Shown: in pieces, positions 51,188 through 63,586 of the stretch
Layout: each line of letters begins with the position of its first letter
Position numbering within the stretch: the first letter of the stretch is position 1
Assembly (NCBI RefSeq): GCF_001194135.2
Contig: NC_068987.1
Coordinates: forward strand, 96,964,166 to 97,028,165
DNA: 64,000 nucleotides
Direction: 5' to 3'
Source: Octopus bimaculoides
Taxonomy: Eukaryota
Made by a program: the position numbers and the translations under genes
The notes under the pieces: model-generated
The model's input: the letters and a program-made list of their open reading frames with translations, nothing else
Database searches by the model: none
Told to the model about the DNA's origin: nothing

Positions 51188-51720
51188 ATCATTTAAATTC
51201 TTCCTCTGAAGAAGGAGCTGGTTTCTAATAAAGATACAAATCTCCATCTTTGGGAATGTAGATAAGGAAAACAATGTCACATTTTAAACCTGAGATAGGT
51301 CTTCCATAGTTTTACTGTTCTGCTTAGAGATTGGATTTGTAATGTGCGAAACGGTTGATTTCTTTTTCTGAAAATCCAAGCTTTTCCTGACTGACAGTAA
51401 GGCATTTACTTACAAAACCAAGTGCTCCAGTTATTATTGGTATAAATCTAAATTTGCAATCCTGATATACTGTAGAAGCTGGAAGTTTCGACGAAATTGT
51501 CCATAGTTACCTTATTTCTCTTTGATTTTCAAAAGGATATTCACATTAGCAGAACAACCGACCTCTGTGACGGTACATATTTTTACTTGTTTGTCCCAGA
51601 TAACAATATCCGGCTGTTATGCTTTCAGTTGGAAGTATTCCTTGTACTGGTATTTGCGTACGTATTCGATAACTGGACGATTCTCTATATATTCCAAGAC
51701 GGTCTTCTTTTCGAATGCAT
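51188..51720 (-). mobile_element. RLE-type non-LTR retrotransposon 3' fragment, copy a
   Basis: Minus strand SRILLSGT/PDIVIWD-like RLE segment and GTVK..FKM* end (stop at about 51277). 3' UTR shared with copy b (gaaaccagctcc). Confidence 0.75.
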
Positions 51721-51749
51721 TTGTATGTATGCATGTCTCTTCTATTTTT

Positions 51750-52625
51750 TAATTATTATAAATCTTCCATTGAGGAGGGAGCTGGTTTCAAACAAAGATA
51801 CAAGGCTCCATCTTTGGGATGAAGTTAACACAGACAAATTCACATTTGGAACTTGAGAAAAGTCTTGCGTATTTTTACTGTTCCACTTACAGATTGCACT
51901 TGTAATGTACGAATCAGCCGGTCAATTTCTCTTTCTGAAAATCCCAGTTTATCCAGATTCTCCTTTAAGCATTTACTAAGAAAACCTAGTGCTCTAATTA
52001 TTATTGGTATGAATATAAATTCATAGTCTGGATATAGAAGATGGAGGTTTCGAAGTAGTTGTCCATAGATATCCTCTTTATCTTTGATTTTCAAAGAGAT
52101 ATTTATATCTGCAGGGCAGCTGACCTCTCTGATGGTGCATACCTTTGTCCCTCAGTCCCAAACAACAATATCTGGACTGTTATGCTGACATTTGACAGAA
52201 GATTTGATCGGAATATTCCACCAGTATTCCTTGAATTGGTGTTTATGAATGTATTCCATAACAGAGGGATTTTCTAAGTTTATTATTATTTTTTGCAGAT
52301 GGCATTGCAAACTGTTTTAGCAACAACATCGTGTCGCATAGGGAGGTAGCACAGTGATGACATTTTAGGACAGTTGCTAATCACATGTATGATATCTTCC
52401 ACAGAAACATAACATAGCCTACACATGCGGTTGCACCTTGGAATTACAAGAGCGTCAATGTCTCTCCTGTTCCTGGATTGCAAACGCATAACCATGAAAG
52501 TGTAATGTGATGTAGTGGTCTTGTGCCCAAGAGTGACTGCGCTTCGTGTTAATTCTACTGTCATCTTCAAGCTCCCTGGCAACATATCCATGCATAGTCT
52601 TTTTTTTTTGTATGCTGCGTGCTTT
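51750..52625 (-). mobile_element. RLE-type non-LTR retrotransposon 3' fragment, copy b
   Basis: CCHC knuckle CRLCYVSVEDIIHVISNC; RLE motif SPDIVVWD*GTKVCTIREVSCPADINI; C-terminus IPIIIRALG...VQSVSGTVKIRKTFLKFQM* (ORFs 52286-52591 and 51840-52094). Confidence 0.9.
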
Positions 52626-52719
52626 CAATCCATCCATCCATGTATGTATGTATGTATGTATGTATGTATGTATGTATGTATGTATGTATGTATGTATGTA
52701 TGCGTGCAAGTATGTCTTC

Positions 52720-53060
52720 TTTTTATCTTTTTAATTTAGAGTAAACCTTTGAGCGGCCAGCAAGGCTGTGAAGGAAAGTATCTTATTTTAACTGTCATCC
52801 TTCAAATGTTAGGAAGGACTTGCAGATTTATATAGCCCCAGATATCGTGATCATTTGTAGCACATGGATTAAAAATTTGCATTCCCTCCCAAAGATTCCA
52901 AGTTCAGCCATACTATACTTCAGACGGCTTGGTACGTATCCTGATGCTCCAATAATAATTGGTATAAAGCTGAGAGTATATTTTGAGTATTGGATTTGCA
53001 AGCCCCTTATCAATGGTCCAAAGATGCCTTCTTTCTCTTGTATTTTTCTAACCACATTCG
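52720..53060 (-). mobile_element. RLE-type non-LTR retrotransposon 3' fragment, copy c (diverged)
   Basis: IQEKEGIFGPLIRGLQIQYSKYTLSFIPIIIGASG...MITISGAI, homologous to copy b; different 3' UTR. Confidence 0.75.
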
Positions 53061-53185
53061 TGTTCAGGGTGTATGTATATATGTATGTATGTATGTGTGT
53101 ATGTATGCATGTATGTATGTATGTATGTATGTTTGTATNNNNNNNNNNGTATGTTTGTATCAGTATTTGTGTATGTGTGTGTGTA

Positions 53186-53260
<75 letters not shown>

Positions 53261-53478
53261 AAGAGAGAGAAAGAGTTCTCAAAATACACTGAGAATGTTT
53301 TTATAAGAAGAATCTATGAAAGAGCTTCTATATTGACTAAGTGAATTAAAATCAACTCGGGGCATATACATTAAAATAAATATATAGCATTCCGGCAAAA
53401 TATATGTTGATTTTAATATATATATTCTTCGAGTTGTTTTCAATTCAATTAATCTACATACATACATACATACACACA

Positions 53479-53509
<31 letters not shown>

Positions 53510-54639
53510 GTGTGTGTAGTATATATAAGTGTTTGTGTGTATGTGTGTGTGGGCGCGCGTGTATTCACAGTTCTTGTATGCCGGCCTTTGATTTCTGTGT
53601 ATGTATATGGGTATGTATGTAGTTTGGACATTGTGCTGGCAGCATTTGTATGTATTTATGTGTTTATAATTGTCTGTATGTGTATGCGCATGTGCAGGCG
53701 TCTTTGAGTGGTTATTTAATTCTTTCATTTGTTTATTTACGTTTTTCAACACTCGCTCTCAGATAAACACTTTAACGAGTCAGCGCATATTTGTGTGTGT
53801 GCGTGTATATATATATGTATATATATATATATATATATNNNNNNNNNNNNNNNNNNNNNNNNNNNNNNNNNNNNNNNNNNNNNNNNNNNNNNNNNNNNNN
53901 NNNNNNNNNNNNNNNNNNNNNNNNNNNNNNNNNNNNNNNNNNNNNNNNNNNNNNNNNNNNNNNNNNNNNNNNNNNNNNNNNNNNNNNNNNNNNNNNNNNN
54001 NNNNNNNNNNNNNNNNNNNNNNNNNNNNNNNNNNNNNNNNNNNNNNNNNNNNNNNNNNNNNNNNNNNNNNNNNNNNNNNNNNNNNNNNNNNNNNNNNNNN
54101 NNNNNNNNNNNNNNNNNNNNNNNNNNNNNNNNNNNNNNNNNNNNNNNNNNNNNNNNNNNNNNNNNNNNNNNNNNNNNNNNNNNNNNNNNNNNNNNNNNNN
54201 NNNNNNNNNNNNNNNNNNNNNNNNNNNNNNNNNNNNNNNNNNNNNNNNNNNNNNNNNNNNNNNNNNNNNNNNNNNNNNNNNNNNNNNNNNNNNNNNNNNN
54301 NNNNNNNNNNNNNNNNNNNNNNNNNNNNNNNNNNNNNNNNNNNNNNNNNNNNNNNNNNNNNNNNNNNNNNNNNNNNNNNNNNNNNNNNNNNNNNNNNNNN
54401 NNNNNNNNNNNNNNNNNNNNNNNNNNNNNNNNNNNNNNNNNNNNNNNNNNNNNNNNNNNNNNNNNNNNNNNNNNNNNNNNNNNNNATATATATATATATA
54501 TATATACGTACATATATTTACGTGAATGTCGAACGATGAGAATGAGTGATCAACACCGCTGTCTGCAATATAAATATACTTAAGTACGGAGTTGATTTTC
54601 TTGGTTGCAGCCATCCATCACATTTAAGCCCTTGTCCTA

Positions 54640-55150
54640 ATGTTAGACCTCAACATTATAGGCACCATATGTTTTCAGAGTCTGTTGCTCAGCATTTGGG
54701 TTGACCTTGAAGATTTTTGCTGTACGTAGTTATATGTTGTTCACGAGTAGAGAAACTGCATCGTGTCGAGTGTCTTTGATGTGCTTAGTAATAATGAAAA
54801 TGTCTGTGTTTTTGTATGAAACGAGATTATCATGTTTTGGAAGCATACAGAAATAAGCGGCCCATGCTGGTAGAGGGAACTATTTGAAGATGTTTTCAAT
54901 TTCTGTATAGTGATAGACTTTATAGGCATGAGGTCTGTACGAGGAAGTTTATCGATGAATGAAAGTTGATACTATCTGTATTGGACTGATTACGATTTTA
55001 AGTAACTCAATACGTCAATGTACTGAGTGAAGAGTGTATGATATATAATCGGCCTCTCATACATTCGTAATTTAATAGAGTGGAGGTTAGGGAAACCTCT
55101 GTCAGTATCTGCTCTGATGGAGATTTCCGCTAGGAAACCTATAGTGCAAG
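54640..55150 (-). pseudogene. Possible highly decayed Penelope-like RT fragment
   Basis: Minus-strand pieces FPNLHSIKLRMYERPII and SSLYQHG resemble the PKxHK..RPII and SLYTNI motifs. Weak. Confidence 0.3.
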
Positions 55151-55212
55151 ATATGATTGAAACGTTTCGGGCAACTTTGCAAGTAGATTATTCTTTTCCA
55201 TTCTTTTTTTTT

Positions 55213-55391
55213 GGAGAGGGGGCCAGTCGATTAGATCGACTCCAGTATGCAACGGGTACTTAATTTATCGATCCGAAAGGATGAAAGGCAAAGTCGACTT
55301 CGGCGGAATTTGAACTCAGAACGTAAAGACAGACGAAATACCGCTAAGCATTTCGCCCGGCGTGCTAACGTTTCTGCCAGCTCGCTGCCTT
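55213..55391 (-). mobile_element. SINE family C
   Basis: Well-conserved reverse-complement copy. Confidence 0.88.
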
Positions 55392-55903
55392 TCTTGCAAG
55401 TAGATTATTGTGCCAGGAATGGTCGAGGTTGGTGGCTCATTTAACCGCACCAGCATTGATTTTGTCGGAATTTAAAGAGTGTGAAGCAATTGATGTTTGA
55501 TGAAAGGAAGCCAGTTTGTATGAACTCCATACAGAAAGTAAACGGGAAGAGAAAGAGANNNNNNNNNNNNNNNNNNNNNNNNNNNNNNNNNNNNNNNNNN
55601 NNNNNNNNNNNNNNNNNNNNNNNNNNNNNNNNNNNNNNNNNNNNNNNNNNNNNNNNNNNNNNNNNNNNNNNNNNNNNNNNNNNNNNNNNNNNNNNNNNNN
55701 NNNNNNNNNNNNNNNNNNNNNNNNNNNNNNNNNNNNNNNNNNNNNNNNNNNNNNNNNNNNNNNNNNNNNNNNNNNNNNNNNNNNNNNNNNNNNNNNNNNN
55801 NNNNNNNNNNNNNNNNNNNNNNNNNNNNNNNNNNNNNNNNNNNNNNNNNNNNNNNNNNNNNNNNNNNNNNNNNNNNNNNNNNNNNNNNNNNNNNNNNNNN
55901 NNN

Positions 55904-55954
<51 letters not shown>

Positions 55955-56427
55955 AATTTGAGGAGAATGGAAGCCTCCCCAGGAGCAACTGGCATCAAAT
56001 ATGGAAACTTTCTTCGTAAGGATAGCAGGTATAGAGCTAGCTTAACTGAGGAAAGGCAAATAGGACTATTTCATAAATTTGGACGTTTCTTTCAGAAATG
56101 GGCTCGAATGTTCGGGATGTAATTTATAAAGGATGAGAGAGCTTTCTGAGATCGAAAACATCCATCTCTGAATGGTGTATTTATACCTGTCTGGGTATTT
56201 GTGATGGTGGGTTTGCAATTCATGTCTGGAATTGGTTGAAAGTAGAAGACAAATGTGTCCATATACTATATTTCTCGAGAAACTACTAATGACTCATAAG
56301 ACATCAGTGTATGTCAGTGGTAGTAGTAGTAGTAGTAGTAGACGAAGACGGCAGATGATGAAAACAGGAAAAGAAGGAAGGATGAAAGGTGAAGCAGAAG
56401 AGGGGCGAAGATGTAGAAGTTAGGAGT

Positions 56428-56494
<67 letters not shown>

Positions 56495-56519
56495 NNNNNN
56501 NNNNGAGAGAAATATATAT

Positions 56520-56577
<58 letters not shown>

Positions 56578-57089
56578 TCTTTAAGTTAAGTTAGACATTA
56601 AAAAAATCAGTATCTAGACACGAACACACAGTTGTTTCATACGACCACAACTACAAAACGTCCAGTGTGCGATGACATAACATCTACACATACAAACACA
56701 CATATACGTCGAGACACCTAGTCTGACTACTCTGACTACAAACACCTTCCTAGTGTAGTCGGTACCAGACACTGTCAGAGCCAATCCTAATTGAAACAGC
56801 GCTTAGAACGGCGAGCTACAGAGAAATACTGCAACATTTGTCTACTTCCTCTAAAGAATTCTTATCACAGTTTTACCCCAAGTAAATTGAAGCCGAATAT
56901 GGTAAAATATATTTTCTTCATGATGAGAGATTGGATATAATCACGATACTTTAATTTTTAGAATCTATTTGCTTATATTCTTCAATGTTCAATGCGAATT
57001 TCTAATAGCAAGAAATAATTGCAAACTTTTCAAGCTGTTAAACTTCTATTTTGCTGTTTGGTTCAATGATATATCCCCTATTATTATTA

Positions 57090-57154
<65 letters not shown>

Positions 57155-58380
57155 GTTCAGTAGTTTTATTTTTATAACGTGCTTTCACTTCACTACCGAG
57201 CGCAGCTCTGTGCGCCTTGGGTATGTGCTGTGGTTTGCTGTGGTGCTCTTATGGTTACTGTATTGAAAGTGTTTTGCGTAGGATGTGTGCAGTGCCCAGT
57301 AGTGCAATTTTCTGTATGTTATATATATTTGTAAGTCCTGGTGTTTTTGTTATGTATTTGTCTGAATATTTTTTTATTATACCTAAGGCACCTACTATGA
57401 TAGNNNNNNNNNNNNNNNNNNNNNNNNNNNNNNNNNNNNNNNNNNNNNNNNNNNNNNNNNNNNNNNNNNNNNNNNNNNNNNNNNNNNNNNNNNNNNNNNN
57501 NNNNNNNNNNNNNNNNNNNNNNNNNNNNNNNNNNNNNNNNNNNNNNNNNNNNNNNNNNNNNNNNNNNNNNNNNNNNNNNNNNNNNNNNNNNNNNNNNNNN
57601 NNNNNNNNNNNNNNNNNNNNNNNNNNNNNNNNNNNNNNNNNNNNNNNNNNNNNNNNNNNNNNNNNNNNNNNNNNNNNNNNNNNNNNNNNNNNNNNNNNNN
57701 NNNNNNNNNNNNNNNNNNNNNNNNNNNNNNNNNNNNNNNNNNNNNNNNNNNNNNNNNNNNNNNNNNNNNNNNNNNNNNNNNNNNNNNNNNNNNNNNNNNN
57801 NNNNNNNNNNNNNNNNNNNNNNNNNNNNNNNNNNNNNNNNNNNNNNNNNNNNNNNNNNNNNNNNNNNNNNNNNNNNNNNNNNNNNNNNNNNNNNNNNNNN
57901 NNNNNNNNNNNNNNNNNNNNNNNNNNNNNNNNNNNNNNNNNNNNNNNNNNNNNNNNNNNNNNNNNNNNNNNNNNNNNNNNNNNNNNNNNNNNNNNNNNNN
58001 NNNNNNNNNNNNNNNNNNNNNNNNNNNNNNNNNNNNNNNNNNNNNNNNNNNNNNNNNNNNNNNNNNNNNNNNNNNNNNNNNNNNNNNNNNNNNNNNNNNN
58101 NNNNNNNNNNNNNNNNNNNNNNNNNNNNNNNNNNNNNNNNNNNNNNNNNNNNNNNNNNNNNNNNNNNNNTTTGTATTAGTTTTCCTTGCTTCTGGAGTAG
58201 GTATTTTTGCAGTCCTATGGTGGCTATTTTATAATAGTTTTCCAGCTGTATAAGACCCCTGCCATCTTCTGTGCGTTGTATATATAGCCTTTCTGTGTCA
58301 GATTTTGGGTGGTGCATCCTATATCCTGTCATTATTTTTCTTGTTTTCCTATCTATTTTAGATAGTTCGTTTAGTGTCCA

Positions 58381-58381
<1 letters not shown>
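57155..58381 (-). mobile_element. 5'-truncated R4/Dong-like element with (TAA)n on both sides (gap inside)
   Basis: RT C-terminal WTLNELSKIDRKTRKIMTGYRMHHPKSDTERLYIQRTEDGRGLIQLE at 58170-58381; RLE C-terminus and 3' UTR at 57155-57403, closely matching 18501-18730. Confidence 0.88.
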
Positions 58382-58414
<33 letters not shown>

Positions 58415-58415
<1 letters not shown>

Positions 58416-58610
58416 AGGCGGCAGGTTGGCAGAATCGTTACCGCACGCGGAAAATGCTTAGCAGCATTTCGCCTATCTCTACGTTCCGAGACTTTGCCCT
58501 TCATCCTTTCGAAGTCGATAAAATAAGTACCAGTTGAGTTCTGGGGTCAATGTAACTGACTTAACCCCTTCCCCCGAACTTGCTGCATTGTGCTAGAATT
58601 TGAAACCATT
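58415..58610 (+). mobile_element. SINE family C directly after a (TTA)n tract
   Basis: aaggcggcaggttggcagaatcg...gactttgcccttcatcctttcgaagtcgataaa; another partial head at about 58630-58720. Confidence 0.8.
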
Positions 58611-59159
58611 ATTATTAGTAGCAGTAGTAAGTTGGCGTGCTGGCAGAATCGTTCGCACGCCGGGTTACTTAACGGTATTTCATCTGAGTTTATGTTTTGA
58701 GCTCAAATTCCGCCGAGGATTTTAACTTGAAACCTAGAGAGATGTAGCTAACTACAAACTTCAAACAAAAATAGTTTTTTTCATTTCAAATTTGAGTTGT
58801 GTCCCTTGACAATTTGTTTTTTAATATTTTGGTAGTGCTCTACAATATTTGACTCGCATCGATATAGGTATAATCACAATAAATTAAAGTTATCGAGCTT
58901 ACCGCATTAAATAATCATATTAGCATTTACTTCTGCTTCAAGCGAACTACAATACTCTCGTAACTGTTAAGAGTTGTCTAATTCTCAGTGTTTTTTTTTT
59001 GTTTGCCTTTTCTTAAATTCGATTTATGTGTGTGTGTGTTTTCAACAAATTAGATCGAAATATTCAATCCTACCGCTCTTGTCACTAGCTCTTCCTGCAT
59101 CCCCAGATTTAGCCATAATGAACTAAGGGTAAATAAAGCAAAATCATAAGCAAATTTGT

Positions 59160-59229
<70 letters not shown>

Positions 59230-59463
59230 ACACACACACAGACACACACAAAATTCTGTAGAAAGCAATCAAACGTTTTGACATACAAAGTCTTCTTTTG
59301 ATCATCGTTGCCGGCTGTAACTCCCCCACCATTTCATGTGTTTCCTCGTATTATAGAAATAACCCTACTGCATGCAATTTACATCCAAGCATTACCGTAT
59401 TTACTTGTTGAAAAGATATGATAACTTTACAATGGCGGATTCGAATGACAGAAAGGATATAAA

Positions 59464-59499
59464 TTCTTTGAATAAGAGCTCCTGCTCGAAGCGTCAGAA
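59464..59499 (+). ncRNA. Degenerate minimal hammerhead-like motif
   Basis: TTCT-TTGAATA-A-GAGC-TCCT-GCTC-GAAGC-GTC-AGAA. Stems I and II are intact; the core is mutated. Confidence 0.35.
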
Positions 59500-59654
59500 A
59501 CCACCTCACTTCTCATGAAGTCCAACTTATCTCACGGATTAATTTAGAAAGGAATACTTAGCGATCAACTGAAGTTTAAGATGATATAGTTTTTACACTG
59601 CTAGACTCACGCGGGATCAATCTCTGCTTCTTTATCTCCTGTGTCTATTGCACG

Positions 59655-59705
<51 letters not shown>

Positions 59706-60277
59706 ACACAAATACTTTATCGTCATAACCATAGTATTAATCTTTTATGACGATATACAATTGTGATCAACTAATGATTTTATTTACTTACCTAACAAAT
59801 CAATGTCAGCCCACACACACACACGCATACATGTGTTGAAGTAATATGGTGCTATAAAATTAGAGTATGGATTTAGCACATAAATTTCGTAAAGTAGATA
59901 ACGTATTGCCACGAATAAGATAATGTAAACATAGGACATTGAGAGAAAGAGAAAGAGGGGGAAGAAGAAAGAGAGAGCGCGGGGTGGGGGGGAGAAAAAG
60001 AATAAAGAAAAGCATAACCACCTTCTCGAACTAATGGACCCTACTTAAATCAATACAGATATAAAAACGATGTTTATTTCTCTACCAATAGAAAATTGAT
60101 CCAACTGTCAATAGAAAATTTATCTATCGAAGGGTCGAAACCTTAATAGGTAATTTTTCTTCTATATGAGAAGAAAATGGGTAAAAAAAAAAGAAATGAA
60201 GAAAGTGGTCAAGAAAAGGAAATAAAGAAAAGTAAGATGAACGAGGGGATATTTTGAAAAGATGTTTGTAGGTAAAA

Positions 60278-60406
60278 GCATGGCTGTGTAGTTTACAAGC
60301 TCGTTTTGCAGCTACGTGGATTCACGTTCAGTCTCAATGCGCAGGACCTTAGCCAAGTGTCTTCTGATATAGCCCCGGAACGATCAATGCTTTGTTTGTG
60401 AATTTC
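60278..60406 (+). mobile_element. Old SINE family B 5' part abutting a Dong-like fragment
   Basis: gcatggctgtgtagtttacaagc...gaccttagccaagtgtcttctgatatagcccc. Confidence 0.7.
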
Positions 60407-61695
60407 AAAGAAACAGATATGAAATTTGGATTAGAAAAAAGTGCCAAAGCAACCCTGAAAAGAAGAAAACTAGTCAAGAGTAGCAACATCACACTAGATA
60501 AAGCCAATGAAATTAGAGAATTAGACCAAAGCCAAACATACAAATATTTAGGAATCAATGAACTAGATAGGACACAACACACACAAATGAAAGATAAATT
60601 AAAGAAAGAATACTATAGACGAGTTAGGTCAATACTGAAAACAGAGCTCAATGCTAAAAACAAGATAATAGGTATTAACACTTTAGCCGTCCCAGTTATA
60701 AGTTACAGCTACAATATCCTTAACTGGACACTAAATGAACTAGCCAAAATAGACAGGAAAACAAGAAAAATAATGACAGGATCTAGGATGCAAATAAATG
60801 CAAATACTGGGCAAATAAATGCAAAAGAAATAGACAGAGAAAAATCCCAGCAATGGTTGAGAAGCTCAGGACTCAAAGCAGAGACTGAAGAATTTTTAAT
60901 TGTAGCACAAGCCCAAAGCCCCCCCCCACCACCACGACCACCAGAAATTACCAAAAACATATAATGAAAAGAAACATAACAAGTAACTGTAGAATATGTG
61001 GAGATGGACAAGAAACAATAAACCATATTATCTCTGGCTGCCCAGTCCTGGCTAAGAAGGAATATATTCACAGACACGACAGAGCTGGGACCTACAANNN
61101 NNNNNNNNNNNNNNNNNNNNNNNNNNNNNNNNNNNNNNNNNNNNNNNNNNNNNNNNNNNNNNNNNNNNNNNNNNNNNNNNNNNNNNNNNNNNNNNNNNNN
61201 NNNNNNNNNNNNNNNNNNNNNNNNNNNNNNNNNNNNNNNNNNNNNNNNNNNNNNNNNNNNNNNNNNNNNNNNNNNNNNNNNNNNNNNNNNNNNNNNNNNN
61301 NNNNNNNNNNNNNNNNNNNNNNNNNNNNNNNNNNNNNNNNNNNNNNNNNNNNNNNNNNNNNNNNNNNNNNNNNNNNNNNNNNNNNNNNNNNNNNNNNNNN
61401 NNNNNNNNNNNNNNNNNNNNNNNNNNNNNNNNNNNNCATCACAGCAAACCACAGCACATACCCAAGGCACATACCCAAGGCACATACCCAAGGCACATAC
61501 CCAAGGCACCTATTATCGTGTTTTTAGCATTGAGCTCTGTTTTCAGTATTGATCTAACTCGTCTATAATATTCTTTCTTTAATTTCTCTTTCATTTGTGT
61601 GTGTTGTGTCCTATCTAGTTCATTGATTCCTAAATATTTGCACACAGAGTTGCGCTCGGTAGTGAAGTGAAAGCACGTCATAAAAATAAAACTAA
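60407..61695 (+). mobile_element. R4/Dong-like retrotransposon, 5'-truncated and rearranged
   Basis: RT C-terminal DMKFGLEKSAKA...YKYLGI...INTLAVPVISYSY...WTLNELAKIDRKTRK; internal deletion at about 60790; WLRSSGLKAETE; CCHC CRICGDGQETINHIISGC (about 60988-61041); 3' UTR then (TAA)n at 61696-61735. Confidence 0.9.
61510..61640 (-). mobile_element. Inverted 131-bp piece of Dong RT coding sequence inserted in the Dong 3' UTR
   Basis: Reverse complement matches 60541-60670 with 4 substitutions; flanked by CAC (61507-61509 and 61641-61643); preceded by four 13-bp GCACATACCCAAG repeats (61454-61505). Confidence 0.9.
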
Positions 61696-61735
<40 letters not shown>

Positions 61736-61738
<3 letters not shown>

Positions 61739-62304
61739 GTCCTTATGCAGTACCAAGCAGTGGATCTTTTGGATTCTGATCTTAACTGATTGGAAGTGTT
61801 ATCATGTACATTGTTTTGCCTTAGTATAAAACATGGGTTCCATGGTATAAAAGATAGTATCCTGCTCAATACCACAGATTTTCTTGTCAGTTGTTTGACC
61901 TTAACCAGTTGAGCATGTCCCTTGGTGGCTGACGATATGTGCATCTCTGATCACGAGCAGAAGTAGTTGGCGGGGCAGCATAGCCATGTGTTGAGATGAA
62001 TTCTATGGGGTTTGAATAATTCACTTTTGGAAACACGGGTGTTTTATTTTAAAATCCTTAAACAACCCTTATTCCGGGACCTTTTGAGCGGGATGAGCTA
62101 CGCTACACGAGGAAAATTCTAACTGGGCCCCACCTGCAAGGTCATGCGCTGTTTAGCTTGATATGAGATCACCATGTTGCGCACATATGGATGTAATGCA
62201 TGTGCCTGGTGTACCCTTATCAGACGGGTAGTCCTGATGGGTATACTGGGCTTCGTATATTTTACCCCAGTATCACTTTGATGGCATGCACTGCTTTCTC
62301 ACTC
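61736..62304. mobile_element. Element E copy 4, full length, opposite orientation to copies 1-3
   Basis: AATGTCCTTATGCAGTACC...GCTTTCTCACTC between (TAA)n 61696-61735 and (TAA)n 62305-62380. Confidence 0.9.
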
Positions 62305-62384
<80 letters not shown>

Positions 62385-63529
62385 CAACAACAACAATACT
62401 AATAATATGTGCTAGGTTTGATTTGCTCGACGAATCCTTACAGGCGGTGCCACAATGTGGCCGCTGTCCAATGACTAAAGCAAATATTAGACAGAAGATG
62501 GTAAAAATATTAAAAGTAATTAACTTCTCTCATTTTGTGGAAAATATCTGCGGCAATCAGTGTTTTGTCATCGAGTCATAATAAAAAAAATAACGTTACC
62601 CTTTTCAGCAACCGATATACTACAACGCAGTAGAAATCAACAATGAAGCCATTCCATCGTTCTGTTCGTTAGAAATAGTAGCCAAAAACTTCCTATTTCG
62701 ACTTTAAAAAATGAAGAGAAGAAAACACTAGCCAATCAAGAACTGGATGCAATGTCTAAAAGACGGAAGATGCGATGATTTCGACTGGAAATTTTTGCTC
62801 ATAGATCAGGTATAATCAACCTTTTTCGACTCGGTGCGTCATTCAAAAAAACTCTGCAAGCCGCAGAATAAAGGCTGTCAACAACATCACTACTACTACT
62901 ACTACCACTACCAGAAAAAAAGAAAAGAAACGAAAAAATAAGTGCAACAACATCGACAACAGGAAATATTAAAGTAGATCAGCTTGAAGAAATTAGTACA
63001 CAGAAGGAACAAGCGGTCCTTGTTGGAAGAAAGAAAAAAAGTTCAAGACAGCAGCGCCAGTTAAGTACTGCAGTTGATTTAATATGCCTTCCTATAATGC
63101 ATCGTGGAATTGTATGAGAAGATTAAGACAAATAAAAACTATTTCATGTTCTACTGCACAAATAATCCACGTTGACCACAAGTCGAGGCTGATAATGCGT
63201 TGAAATAACACGCAGAAAAAATATTTAACAGCGTTTATACAAAAGTTGCCAAACATGTTTTAGTTTTCTCACTCAGTCACGCTCTCACCAAGTCTTATGT
63301 TCACTTCCCTTCCTACTTCTCTCTCTCTCTCTCTCGTTCTCTACTTCTTTTTATACAAACACAAGCGAGCGCTCAAAAACAAACTTTTAAATTTGGTAAG
63401 TTATAGATAAGAACGTCATTGCTTCGAGTTGCGTTAGCGTTGAGAGAGAAGTGGGTACGTGAATTTGGTGGAGAAACATGTAACCAATCGAAAGACACTG
63501 AAATGTGGACTGAGAGAGAAATAGAGACG

Positions 63530-63586
<57 letters not shown>

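Noticed and set aside
55944-56122. Unique-looking open stretch after the (GA)n tract
   Set aside because: No recognisable homology and no convincing splice signals on either strand.
60392-60964. 190-aa ORF as a functional gene
   Set aside because: It is a 5'-truncated, internally deleted retrotransposon RT fragment whose first codons come from a SINE.
61929-62040. CTGACGA ... GAAAC inside element E as a hammerhead
   Set aside because: Neither stem I nor stem II can be paired.
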